A stretch of DNA of 53,916 nucleotides from a virus (taxonomy: Duplodnaviria > Caudoviricetes). Made by a program: the position numbers and the translations under genes. The notes below the pieces were generated by a model. It worked only from the letters and a program-made list of their open reading frames with translations. It had not been told where the DNA came from and made no database searches. Every line of letters begins with the position of its first letter. Within the stretch, counting starts at the first letter, position 1. This document shows, piece after piece, positions 1 through 8,111 of the stretch. The stretch covers positions 1-53,916 of the IMG/VR virus record IMGVR_UViG_3300035438_000711, one strand, 5' to 3'.

Positions 1-127
1 GCCGGAGGTCGCCCGCCGGGACTCTCCGCAACTCTTTAACGCGGTTTCGGATGTTCATGTAGCCAAACTATTGGTCAGGGTAAAAAGGTCAGAGAACGCG
101 GATTTGGGGCTGTGGAAAGGGGGGGGG
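1..127. repeat. Terminal direct repeat, left copy (assembly overlap)
   Basis: 1-127 is identical to 53790-53916; 127 equals a common assembler k-mer size and the repeat lies across the start of a gene. Confidence 0.95.
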
Positions 128-236
128 GTTCGAAAACTTCCGGCGGCGCACGCGCGGGGAACCTTATTGGTTTTACTCGTTGGGGGTTTGGAAAATTGCC
201 CCCCCTACGGGGTCGGCTCGCGTGCGGTTGTACCAG

Positions 237-311
237 CCGCGTCAAATCCCTTTATATATAAGGCCCCCCAACTCGCTCACTTCGGGCCAAAAAGTCCACG
301 ATGATCCGTCA
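237..311. repeat. Partial copy of origin-like multi-block element (blocks A and B)
   Basis: GCCGCGTCAAATCCCTTTATATATA and CAAAAAGTCCACGATGATCCGTCA match 25717-25792 almost exactly. Confidence 0.85.
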
Positions 312-603
312 TGGTCTTGCGGGAGTGGCAGGAGTGGCACAAGCACTGCCCGTTTGCCACCTCGTAGCGGAGGTCGGGCCGCTCGGCTATCGGCACGATA
401 TGGTCAGCGTGGGCCTGCCGCTTCTTGCCGCACACGGTGCCGCATGACCGGCATTGGTACGCGTCCCGCAGCAGCACCTCGCGTCGCCACGCCACGTGCT
501 TGGAGTCGCAGTACCCGCGTGCCGCCGCGTTCGGTCGATAGGATGCCTGCTTGATCTTGTACGTCTTGCGTGGCATCCGCCACATCTCAACGCGTTGCGG
601 CAC
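277..603 (-). CDS. HNH endonuclease (packaging-associated, HK97 gp74-like)
   Basis: VLLRDAYQCRSC...HADHIVP...NGQCLCHSCHSRKT motif; position upstream of the terminase region on the circle; alternative ATG at 576. Confidence 0.9.
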   Translation of the reverse strand: MPQRVEMWRMPRKTYKIKQASYRPNAAARGYCDSKHVAWRREVLLRDAYQCRSCGTVCGKKRQAHADHIVPIAERPDLRYEVANGQCLCHSCHSRKTMTDHRGLFGPK

Positions 604-606
604 GGC

Positions 607-963
607 TCAACTCTTGAGGGTCACGACCGCAGAGACTCCGGTGCCCGCCGCGTTGCCCGCAAGGATTTGCAGGAACGGCACACCGAACACGGCATCGGGC
701 AGATTGTATACGGCACCCACTGCGGTCGATGGAGCCATCGTGATGTCGGCCACGGAGCCGTCGGTGTTGTAGAGCCGTCGATACGTCCCGTCGTCAGCCG
801 ATGCTGCCCACATCTGCAGCGTGGTCACAGCCGTAGCCAACGTGCCAACGTCCACAACTCCACCGGCGAAGTCCTCAACGTAGAGCCGCGTTGCCGAGGC
901 GGTCGATGTCGTGAGCGTGACGTTTACCTGACGCGACCGCCGCCGCATTTTGATTTCAGACAT
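607..963 (-). CDS. Hypothetical protein, possibly virion-associated
   Basis: 118 aa, Thr/Ala/Gly-rich, AGGAG RBS upstream. Confidence 0.7.
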   Translation of the reverse strand: MSEIKMRRRSRQVNVTLTTSTASATRLYVEDFAGGVVDVGTLATAVTTLQMWAASADDGTYRRLYNTDGSVADITMAPSTAVGAVYNLPDAVFGVPFLQILAGNAAGTGVSAVVTLKS

Positions 964-1101
964 TGACCGTCTCCTGTGTGTGGCACGGGTCTGCCCCGCA
1001 ACGTGGCCTATACCAAAAGCCTACAGCCCCGCCGCGATCCCTTGCAGTGGCCGTCTTCTCAATGAAGAGCGCACTGGCCGGATGTCGCCGCGATAGCGCA
1101 A

Positions 1102-1335
1102 CTAGAGATTCTGTACTTTGGACAGGCTGACGTGCCTTACGTCCGCATACCAGTGGCCGAAGCAAAGGTCGATGACTCGGCACTCTGCCACCGTTTCGCC
1201 ATCCTTGCTGCGGTTGATCTCCACAGAACGAAGAACCATCGTTTCGGATGGCGGTCGGCCGTCAAGCATCACATCGACCAGGGCGTCTTTGCCTGCCGCT
1301 GCGATGGCTAGGATTTTCTGTTCGATCTCGCCCAT
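1102..1335 (-). CDS. Hypothetical protein
   Basis: ATG at 1335 preceded by GAAGGGA; ends at junction motif. Confidence 0.65.
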   Translation of the reverse strand: MGEIEQKILAIAAAGKDALVDVMLDGRPPSETMVLRSVEINRSKDGETVAECRVIDLCFGHWYADVRHVSLSKVQNL

Positions 1336-1363
1336 CACGGCCGTCCCTTCGCTCAAGAGCGCA

Positions 1364-1681
1364 CTAGCCCAGCCGGTGCAGCAAGCCGCGAAGCGTGGCG
1401 GCGTCGTTGTCGTAGCCCTCTAGCCTCGCCATTCGCTCTGACTTTTCCACCGCCTTCCGCTCCGCGTCGGTGAGTGCTGGCTGCGGCGATTCCAAGACGC
1501 TCCACGCCACAGGCTTATCTTCTGTCGCGGCGGATAACGTGGCCGATCCTAGCAGACCGCGAAGCCGCTTGATCTCGGCCATCGCATCTTGCAGCGTGTG
1601 CCACAAAGCAACCCTTCCATCGGCATCAAGCAATCGCGTCTCTGCCGAACGAATCGAATCAAGAACGTCCTCAATAATCAT
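1364..1681 (-). CDS. Hypothetical protein
   Basis: 105 aa, purine-rich RBS; ends at junction motif. Confidence 0.75.
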   Translation of the reverse strand: MIIEDVLDSIRSAETRLLDADGRVALWHTLQDAMAEIKRLRGLLGSATLSAATEDKPVAWSVLESPQPALTDAERKAVEKSERMARLEGYDNDAATLRGLLHRLG

Positions 1682-2162
1682 TCTCTTCCCTTTCTATGGC
1701 CGTATGTTTTTCGCTCTAGCGACATTCGGCAGATGATTCTGGACGAAGCGGGCGGCGTCGAAGTCCGCTTGCTCTTCTGGCAGCGTGAAAGTGAGTGTTG
1801 CGACCGGCATATCAGTTCCTACGCAGTTTACGGCGTGGTTTCTCGGACACTACGCAGTTCTTGCCGCCGAATTATAGCGAAGTTACTACGGTTTATCGGT
1901 GACACTACACTCGCCGGGTGTAGCGTGCCGGTTGGGTGTAGCGTCTTCGTTTCCAGATTCCAGATTCCAGAAACCGATAGCCTGTGGCCTATCGGAAAGC
2001 CGCCCCAATCATACCAGCAAACGCATCATTTCCGATGCTTTTCGCATATGGATTGGAAAGAAAACCTATGCACTTTTTCCCATGTGACGAGGTTTCCGCC
2101 GCCGGAAACTGCCCGTGATACTGCTCGGCGATACTAGGCCGGATACTGGTGCAAGAGCGCAC

Positions 2163-2450
2163 TCACTCAGTCCAACCGCTCGGCGGCGTTGAGTGCGGCA
2201 ACGGAAACGTCACAGGCTCGCCGCGTTTTGGCGACCTGTACTTTTCACCTTGCGGCGGCATCGCGGGCAGCGGCATCCAATGCGTGACCGTCTGCGGCGA
2301 GTGCGGCAGGTCGGCGTCTCCCCACCATTCGCCGCTTCGCAACTTCGCAACGGTCATGTAGCCGCCGCACGCAATGAGAACGTCTTGATCGCCTTCCGGC
2401 AGACGCTCTTTGACTGGAATCCACTCTGGGAAGGCGTTAGTCTTCGCCAT
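2163..2450 (-). CDS. DUF551-family phage protein
   Basis: WIPVKERLPE...VLI...VTHWMPLP signature; AGGAG RBS before ATG 2450. Confidence 0.85.
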   Translation of the reverse strand: MAKTNAFPEWIPVKERLPEGDQDVLIACGGYMTVAKLRSGEWWGDADLPHSPQTVTHWMPLPAMPPQGEKYRSPKRGEPVTFPLPHSTPPSGWTE

Positions 2451-2523
2451 AGCCTTGTCTCCTATCTCAACTAGGGGGCGGGTTAGAACCGGCGGCGGGC
2501 TGCAATCCCGTCGCCGGTTCGCA

Positions 2524-2552
2524 TTTATACGTCGCCCAGACAGGGGAGGCAA
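2524..2552 (-). promoter_or_regulatory. Sigma70-like promoter for the DUF551 gene
   Basis: TTGCCT-N17-TATAAA followed by a leader hairpin GAACCGGCG...CGCCGGTTC. Confidence 0.55.
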
Positions 2553-2630
2553 GTCTAGGGTTTTGTCGTTCACTTTTGCCCCGCAATCGCACCCCAAGCC
2601 GACGCGGCACGATCTAAGGTGAAGAGCGCA

Positions 2631-2840
2631 CTACCGGGACGCCCAAGTCTCGCCAGCGACAGAAGTGCGATCATCAACGCGGACCAGCAGGCCAGAGTCG
2701 ATTGCGTCTTGGGCTGCTTTTGAGATCACTTGCCCGACTTTTTCTTCGCCAAGATACAACCGCCAGCCGCCAAAGTTACCGCGACAGAGTTGCTTCCCAG
2801 CCTTAAGTTTCGCAATCACCACATTTGCGCTCTTGATCAT
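2631..2840 (-). CDS. Hypothetical protein
   Basis: AGGAGG RBS before ATG 2840; ends at junction motif. Confidence 0.75.
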   Translation of the reverse strand: MIKSANVVIAKLKAGKQLCRGNFGGWRLYLGEEKVGQVISKAAQDAIDSGLLVRVDDRTSVAGETWASR

Positions 2841-2861
2841 GGCTCGTCCTCCTGTGTCCGT

Positions 2862-2890
2862 ATTGTATACAGTCGGATACAGGCTGTCCA
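2862..2890 (-). promoter_or_regulatory. Sigma70-like promoter with GTATCCGAC in its spacer
   Basis: TGGACA-N17-TACAAT. Confidence 0.65.
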
Positions 2891-2895
2891 GCCCG

Positions 2896-3084
2896 TTAAC
2901 TTTCCTTGGGTTTTGGCCGGAATTTCTCGGCATCGGCCCGCCTGACGAAGTTTTGCCCGTCGATGGCAATGGCGGGGAATCGCCCGCTGGCGATCAGCCG
3001 GTTGATGTAGGCCCGCGTGACGCCTGCGAGGCTGGCTGCGGTGCCGATGCGAACGTATTCGTCTGGGTCGATCTTCTTTGCCAT
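2896..3084 (-). CDS. Small excisionase/MerR-like helix-turn-helix DNA-binding protein
   Basis: YVRIGTAASLAGVTRAYINRLIASGRFPA pattern. Confidence 0.8.
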   Translation of the reverse strand: MAKKIDPDEYVRIGTAASLAGVTRAYINRLIASGRFPAIAIDGQNFVRRADAEKFRPKPKES

Positions 3085-3090
3085 GCCCCG

Positions 3091-3118
3091 ATTGTAGCCG
3101 GTCGGATACGGTAAGCAA
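3091..3118 (-). promoter_or_regulatory. Probable leaderless promoter for the HTH gene
   Basis: TTGCTT-N16-TACAAT-N6-ATG; spacer contains GTATCCGAC. Confidence 0.5.
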
Positions 3119-3152
3119 TCGGCCCGACGCTACATAGTTGGAATAGCGCAGT

Positions 3153-3467
3153 TCAGACCGCCGGGTCCGCAGGCAGCAACGCCACCGCGTCTGCCCATGG
3201 GATCACTGCCACGTTGGGCAGCAGCACCGCCTGATCCGCTGCGGCCCACATGCCCGCCAGCAGCCCACCCGGCATGACTTCAGTGAGGATGTCGCCGCAC
3301 AGCATCAGCCGCCCATCGGTCAGAGCGCGAGGCACGGGGACGCAGTTGGGCGAGCCATGCTCCGCGTGGAGTTGTGCGAGGCGGCCAGCCAGGGCGGGCG
3401 TGAAGACCAGGGCCAGCCCCTTGGCGTCGGCGTCACTGATCGGGAGCGTGATGTCGGAAAGGGTCAT
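3153..3467 (-). CDS. Hypothetical protein, possible tail-fibre partner
   Basis: ATGA overlap with upstream fibre-like gene. Confidence 0.75.
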   Translation of the reverse strand: MTLSDITLPISDADAKGLALVFTPALAGRLAQLHAEHGSPNCVPVPRALTDGRLMLCGDILTEVMPGGLLAGMWAAADQAVLLPNVAVIPWADAVALLPADPAV

Positions 3468-5146
3468 TTTCTGCCCAGCGCTCTAACGAGCGTATCCCAG
3501 ATGTTGTAATAGGCGAGCGACTCAGACTCAGAGAGATTGTCGCCGATCGTGTAGCCGCCTAGTCGTGCGTTTGAGTGGGAGGAGAAGGTGCCGCCCCCTT
3601 GAGCCTCAGCAAAGACAGAGATTCCCGTTGTTACGGTTCCAGAGTTACGGCCAACTCCAGCAATGCCAGACAATGTTCCGTTTGTGTAGCAAACGGCGGC
3701 TCCCCCCGTTTCAGCCTGCGCCCCTAACACAAAATCGCCAGCCGCGTGTACAGAAGTGCCACCAGAGCCTCCCGCACCAGACGCTTCGTTGTAGGCCGCT
3801 AGGGCATAATTTGTAACGGGGTTTACATTTGTCAGACGAAACAAACCTGAAAAGCCTGTGGCTCCAGTGCCGCCAAGGTAGGCGCGGAACGTAGCCGTTG
3901 GCAGCGTATGCACGAAGCAACCAATGTGCCTCGCACTAGAGAAGTTCAGCGGCAGACCTGTCCGCAGCCTCTTGGTGCTGCCGTTTCCGATCAGCCCGCT
4001 CGTTGCAACGTAGTCGCCGCTCACGAAGTTGTCGTTGGTGTCGGTGGCGTTGCCGTACTGCGTGCCGCCTGACGATGGCCCGCGATACAAGGGAACGAGC
4101 GCCGCCGAAAGGTTCTCGCCTGCCATCGGGTTCGCTCGCCACAAGAGCGACCGCAGGCCCGCCGATTCGATTGAGTTGCAGAACGTGTTGACCGCCGCAG
4201 CCGTCGCGGTGCTCACGGTGCCGCCGTTGCCGTAGACGCTGTCGATCCAGAGTTTTGCTTCGGCATTCGTAACGGCCGAGAAGGCGGGGTCGCTGCTTGC
4301 GCGGTCGCGGAACAGTGCGGTCTGGAACGCCTGCATGGCCGCATCGTATGCAGAAATGTCACTGGAGTTGAGCCCGGCACCAATAGAATATCCCGCGAGC
4401 GTTTGGTTGCTAAACAGGTTTGCAGTGTAGGCGTTTGCACCCGTACTCTGGTCATTGCGGGCAAACACGGCAAATGGTATCGACGTTCCTGAAACAGACG
4501 CGCTCGCCGCATTGGCGGCCGAAAGCGTAGTCCTGCGGAACGACACGAGATCAGTGTCGTTTGTGCGTGTTACACCTAAAAGCGAGTCATGCGTACCCGG
4601 CACGGCAACACTGCCCGTAGTGCCTCCCAGAACATTTCCGCCAGCGCCAAATTCCCATGTGTTTCCGAGTGCCGTAGACCTCGCGCTCAGGAGTACTCCG
4701 CTGCTTGTGCTGGTGCGTTTGTAGACAGACAGATGCGAGCGCACGTTGCCGCCAGTGATCCACGCAGACGATTGCAAGCCGGTTTGCAAATACTTGCTGC
4801 TGCCGTTACCGACCAGCCCGCCACTCGCCCCCGTCTCAACGTAGTCACCAGCCACGAAGTTGACGTTCGTATCCGTCGTGTTCCCGAACTGCGTCCCGCC
4901 CAGCGACGGCCCTCTGAACAGCGGCACCAGTGCGGCCGAAAGGCCCGTGCCACAGACCAAGTTGAGGCGGTAGAAGCGGTCGCGGATGCCCGCCGTCACA
5001 ATCGACTTGCAGAAGGTATCGACAGCCTTCATCGTCGTGGCTGAGACGGTGCCGCCGTTGGCAACCACGCGGGCCTGCCAATCGCGGGCGTCTAGGCCGT
5101 AGCCGCTGGATGCTCGCGGGCGAAGCAGTCTCGGACTCATTGCCAT
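3464..5146 (-). CDS. Tail-fibre/receptor-binding-like protein with two tandem homologous domains
   Basis: 560 aa from MAMSPRLLRPR; Gly/Thr/Ser/Asn-rich; NGGTVS...AVxTFCxSI...LSAALVPLxRGPS.GGTQxGN.TDTN occurs twice; function inferred. Confidence 0.65.
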   Translation of the reverse strand: MAMSPRLLRPRASSGYGLDARDWQARVVANGGTVSATTMKAVDTFCKSIVTAGIRDRFYRLNLVCGTGLSAALVPLFRGPSLGGTQFGNTTDTNVNFVAGDYVETGASGGLVGNGSSKYLQTGLQSSAWITGGNVRSHLSVYKRTSTSSGVLLSARSTALGNTWEFGAGGNVLGGTTGSVAVPGTHDSLLGVTRTNDTDLVSFRRTTLSAANAASASVSGTSIPFAVFARNDQSTGANAYTANLFSNQTLAGYSIGAGLNSSDISAYDAAMQAFQTALFRDRASSDPAFSAVTNAEAKLWIDSVYGNGGTVSTATAAAVNTFCNSIESAGLRSLLWRANPMAGENLSAALVPLYRGPSSGGTQYGNATDTNDNFVSGDYVATSGLIGNGSTKRLRTGLPLNFSSARHIGCFVHTLPTATFRAYLGGTGATGFSGLFRLTNVNPVTNYALAAYNEASGAGGSGGTSVHAAGDFVLGAQAETGGAAVCYTNGTLSGIAGVGRNSGTVTTGISVFAEAQGGGTFSSHSNARLGGYTIGDNLSESESLAYYNIWDTLVRALGRK

Positions 5147-5180
5147 GTGAATTGCGCTCTTGGGGTGATATAGCGTCGCG

Positions 5181-5471
5181 CTAGTTTTGTGCGTCTGTCC
5201 TAGCAGGCCGTGCAAGTACCTGCTGGATTTCACGCTGGCCCTTGGCGAGTTCCTGCAAAGTCTCGGACTGCTGCTCCATGGTGTGCTGCGTTGACTCCAG
5301 AAACTCGACGTGACTCTTGACCACCGGCTCGACAACGCTGCTGTGGATCGCAATGGCCGCTTCGCGTCCGCAGTAGAGCAACACAGCCAGTAGCACGACC
5401 GGAACGCCGAACCGTTCAGCGATCCGCAAAAGGGTGTCGATGGTGCCCTGCTTCAGTTCGTCAGTTGTCAT
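5181..5471 (-). CDS. Holin-like membrane protein
   Basis: Single hydrophobic segment FGVPVVLLAVLLY followed by a coiled coil. Confidence 0.55.
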   Translation of the reverse strand: MTTDELKQGTIDTLLRIAERFGVPVVLLAVLLYCGREAAIAIHSSVVEPVVKSHVEFLESTQHTMEQQSETLQELAKGQREIQQVLARPARTDAQN

Positions 5472-5827
5472 CGCGTCAACTCCAGTTGCATCGTAAGCAA
5501 GAAGACCCGGTTACTTGCACGCTCCATCCACCAATCAAGCAGGATTTTGATGATCGCACTGACCATGATTTGCAGGATGAATGCCCAGATGAATCCGTAT
5601 TCCTTCGGCTCCTTGCCGCTGACCAGTTGGTGCCCACGCTTCACTGACGACTCGATGCCAAGGCATACGATCCGCCGCTGCTCCTCGGTCAATGCGTACT
5701 TGAGGTAATCCCCCTGCCAGTTCTCGACCGTCAACTGCACGAGGTCGTCGAGCGTGCCGCGTCCGATAACGTGCTTCCCTAGCGGACAACGCTTCCAGCA
5801 ATACTGCTGCAGTTCGGAAAGGTTCAT
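5468..5827 (-). CDS. Hypothetical membrane protein
   Basis: Start MNLSEL overlaps upstream stop; hydrophobic YGFIWAFILQIMVSAIIKILL. Confidence 0.7.
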   Translation of the reverse strand: MNLSELQQYCWKRCPLGKHVIGRGTLDDLVQLTVENWQGDYLKYALTEEQRRIVCLGIESSVKRGHQLVSGKEPKEYGFIWAFILQIMVSAIIKILLDWWMERASNRVFLLTMQLELTR

Positions 5828-6096
5828 TGCTTGCACCGCCCATCGGTGCAAGCCCTGCCGGTGCCTTTGCAAACGGGGCACACCGTAACGATGCGTCCAT
5901 CTCCGAGCCTGCCCGTGCCGTCGCAGTTGGAACACTTGTCGGACTTCGGAGCGGGTGCCATCTCCTGCCGTAACTTCACGACCATGCGTGCCGTCTCGCA
6001 CGCAAGGTCGGCGGTGATGTCGGGGCGGTCTTGCTGCACGGTGCAACTCTGTGCGGTGAGCAGGAACACGCCGGTTATGAGAGCAGCGGATTTCAC
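5824..6096 (-). CDS. Secreted/lipoprotein-like protein with DnaJ-type zinc finger
   Basis: GTG overlapping the protease stop; signal-like N-terminus ending AQSC; CSNCDGTG and CPVCKGTG motifs. Confidence 0.7.
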   Translation of the reverse strand: MKSAALITGVFLLTAQSCTVQQDRPDITADLACETARMVVKLRQEMAPAPKSDKCSNCDGTGRLGDGRIVTVCPVCKGTGRACTDGRCKQ

Positions 6097-7004
6097 AGCA
6101 CGCCTCCCGTCCAATCGGACAGCACGCGGGGCGGGAACCCGGCGTAGCCAGACAAGGCAAACGTGTCGTCGCCTTGGATCATGCGGGTGAAGTCTTTCGC
6201 CTTCACCCAGCCTGCCGACCGCTGGAACTGTGGCGGCAGATTCGTATCGTACGTTCCCGAGTAGCAGTCGCCCCAACTGTTCACGACGAGGATCGCTGGC
6301 TCTGGATTCCACCGCACCCCAGCGGCCATCTGGCAATGTGCCCAGCCGCCCATCGGCGTCATGTAGCCGTCCCGCAGCGTCATGGAAAATCCCATTCCAG
6401 AACACACCGCAATCGGGTAGCCGTTCTGGATCGCCTTGGCTGCCTCTTCAAAATTCCGCACCAACGTCACCGACGAAACCTTGTGCCGCGCCGCCGCTGC
6501 TTCAAGGGAATCGGGCACGCCGTCGCGTCCCCATTCCTTCTCACGGCTCCCGCTGTTGTCGTTGAACGTCTGCCCGCCGTAGTCGATGCCGTAGTGCAAC
6601 GTGCCGTACTTCGTCACGGCCTTCGCTGCCGCGCCGCCGTATGATCCGTCGCCGCCGAGGTTCCTGCCGCCGCGAACTTCCACACGGGAAAATCCGTAGA
6701 CGCTCGCCTCCAAAACCCGCCCGCCATAACTCTCGCTCTCGTTCCGCAGCAGCACATCGCACGCGGCGAGAATGTCGCAAGACAAACTCCACCCCCACCC
6801 CACGCACGAGCCTATTTTTTGGGCACCACGCTTCCAATCGGGGGCAACCCTGAGCAAATACTGCCCAAGGAATACGTCCTTCGATTCGTCAAGCACCAAG
6901 TCTGGCCCGGCCTGTGCCAGCGTAGGCCGGGGCAGCGTTGCAAGGAACGCGTCGGTGCCATCGCGGTCGGGCGTGTAGCCCATCAGAGGAATGAAGTCGG
7001 CCAC
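6093..7004 (-). CDS. Papain-like (C1) cysteine protease
   Basis: QKIGSCVG (catalytic Cys), AHCQ (His), VVNSWG (Asn). Confidence 0.85.
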   Translation of the reverse strand: MADFIPLMGYTPDRDGTDAFLATLPRPTLAQAGPDLVLDESKDVFLGQYLLRVAPDWKRGAQKIGSCVGWGWSLSCDILAACDVLLRNESESYGGRVLEASVYGFSRVEVRGGRNLGGDGSYGGAAAKAVTKYGTLHYGIDYGGQTFNDNSGSREKEWGRDGVPDSLEAAAARHKVSSVTLVRNFEEAAKAIQNGYPIAVCSGMGFSMTLRDGYMTPMGGWAHCQMAAGVRWNPEPAILVVNSWGDCYSGTYDTNLPPQFQRSAGWVKAKDFTRMIQGDDTFALSGYAGFPPRVLSDWTGGVL

Positions 7005-7007
7005 GGG

Positions 7008-7481
7008 CTACCCTCCGTTGCCGATGCCAGCCCATGCAATCGCACGGCAAGCGTCCGCGTATTGCTTCCGCAAGTCCGTTGTCACGGGCACCACCTCGAT
7101 GCCGACAACACCAGCCATCGCTTTCTCAACCGCCTCACGCAGCCCCACATACTTGCCCGGTTGGTTGCCAGCCAGACGCCGCCACGCAATGTCGAGCGAC
7201 AGCACGGTGAAGCCTCGCAGGCTCCGCGTGTCGGTGAACACCACCTCGGTGCCCTCCGGTGCCGCCACGACAATCGCCGCCCGCTCCCAGACCGCAGCCC
7301 ACACGGCACGGTCAACTTCGCTGGCTGGCCTCAAGGCTGCGGCAACGTCGGCTACTTTTGTTTTCATCTGCTCACTCGGGGCGTCAACTGAAAAGCCGGG
7401 GACGGCACGCGGCACCGACGGCACGCCGAACGCGGCCACGTAGCCAAGCACCGCCGCAATCGTGAGACGCTGCCAGTTCAT
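7008..7481 (-). CDS. Hypothetical exported or membrane-anchored protein
   Basis: MNWQRLTIAAVLGYVAAFG hydrophobic N-terminus; coupled start. Confidence 0.7.
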   Translation of the reverse strand: MNWQRLTIAAVLGYVAAFGVPSVPRAVPGFSVDAPSEQMKTKVADVAAALRPASEVDRAVWAAVWERAAIVVAAPEGTEVVFTDTRSLRGFTVLSLDIAWRRLAGNQPGKYVGLREAVEKAMAGVVGIEVVPVTTDLRKQYADACRAIAWAGIGNGG

Positions 7482-7756
7482 TTCTTTGCCTTCGCGTTGC
7501 CAAGCATCACGTCGATCAACTGCTGGCACAGGGCCACGCCTTCAGTGCACCCCGCAGCCTTCAGCCGCGTGGCAAGGTCAAGCACGATGTGCAAATCCTT
7601 GCCGGTCACGGCTGCGGTCTTTTCACCTGCGGTTTCCACCGCACGGTTTTTCCACGCGGCTTTGACTTTTGCAGCCAAGGCGGCAATCGCGGGGCCAGCG
7701 ACGACACCCACTGCCGCCACAAGGGCGACGACACGTATGATGGCATCGGTGTTCAC
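7478..7756 (-). CDS. Hypothetical membrane protein
   Basis: GTG overlapping upstream stop; N-terminal transmembrane segment. Confidence 0.7.
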   Translation of the reverse strand: MNTDAIIRVVALVAAVGVVAGPAIAALAAKVKAAWKNRAVETAGEKTAAVTGKDLHIVLDLATRLKAAGCTEGVALCQQLIDVMLGNAKAKK

Positions 7757-8058
7757 TTTGCCCCCTCGGCTTGCATGAGGCACCACCGCACAAGCGACTC
7801 GCCCTGCGGTGTCTTGAAGATGTCGGCAAGCAGCCGCACCAACTGGTCGTCAGCCTGTGTGTTGGTCTTCGATGCCAGCCACTCGGCGGCATCGCTCACG
7901 ACAAGACCCTTTTTGTATGGGTCGATCTCGTTCACGAATCGCTGGCCGTAGCCGATCAGCGGCGACCATGCCTGCAGCAACGCAATCTGCTGCCAGATAG
8001 AAAGCGACGCCCCGTACTTGGCGTACTCGTCTGCCGTGCCTTGGTAGTTTGGTGCCAT
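7753..8058 (-). CDS. Hypothetical protein
   Basis: AAGGAG RBS, 101 aa. Confidence 0.75.
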   Translation of the reverse strand: MAPNYQGTADEYAKYGASLSIWQQIALLQAWSPLIGYGQRFVNEIDPYKKGLVVSDAAEWLASKTNTQADDQLVRLLADIFKTPQGESLVRWCLMQAEGAK

Positions 8059-8111
8059 AGTTGTCTCCTTCGTTTCATTCTGACAACGCGGCAGGGCAGG
8101 CTTGCAGTTCG

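Larger units (their letters stand above)
1065..3155. repeat. Dispersed junction motif AAGAGCGCACT and variants at gene 3' ends
   Basis: Exact copies at 1065, 1355, 2153, 2622; variants at 1092 (GATAGCGCAACT) and 3142 (AATAGCGCAGTT); inverted copy at 5153-5161. Confidence 0.85.

Noticed and set aside
1589-2137. 182-aa plus-strand ORF over the repeat mosaic
   Set aside because: TTG start without RBS, overlaps a real gene on the other strand, no protein-like features; not fully excluded.
1065-3155. Canonical integron attC sites
   Set aside because: No RYYYAAC...GTTRRRY boxes at the junctions and the integrase shows no evident IntI-specific insertion; reported as a non-canonical array instead.
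3464-5146. Diversity-generating retroelement acting on the duplicated fibre domains
   Set aside because: No reverse transcriptase; the copies are diverged at all base types, not only adenines.
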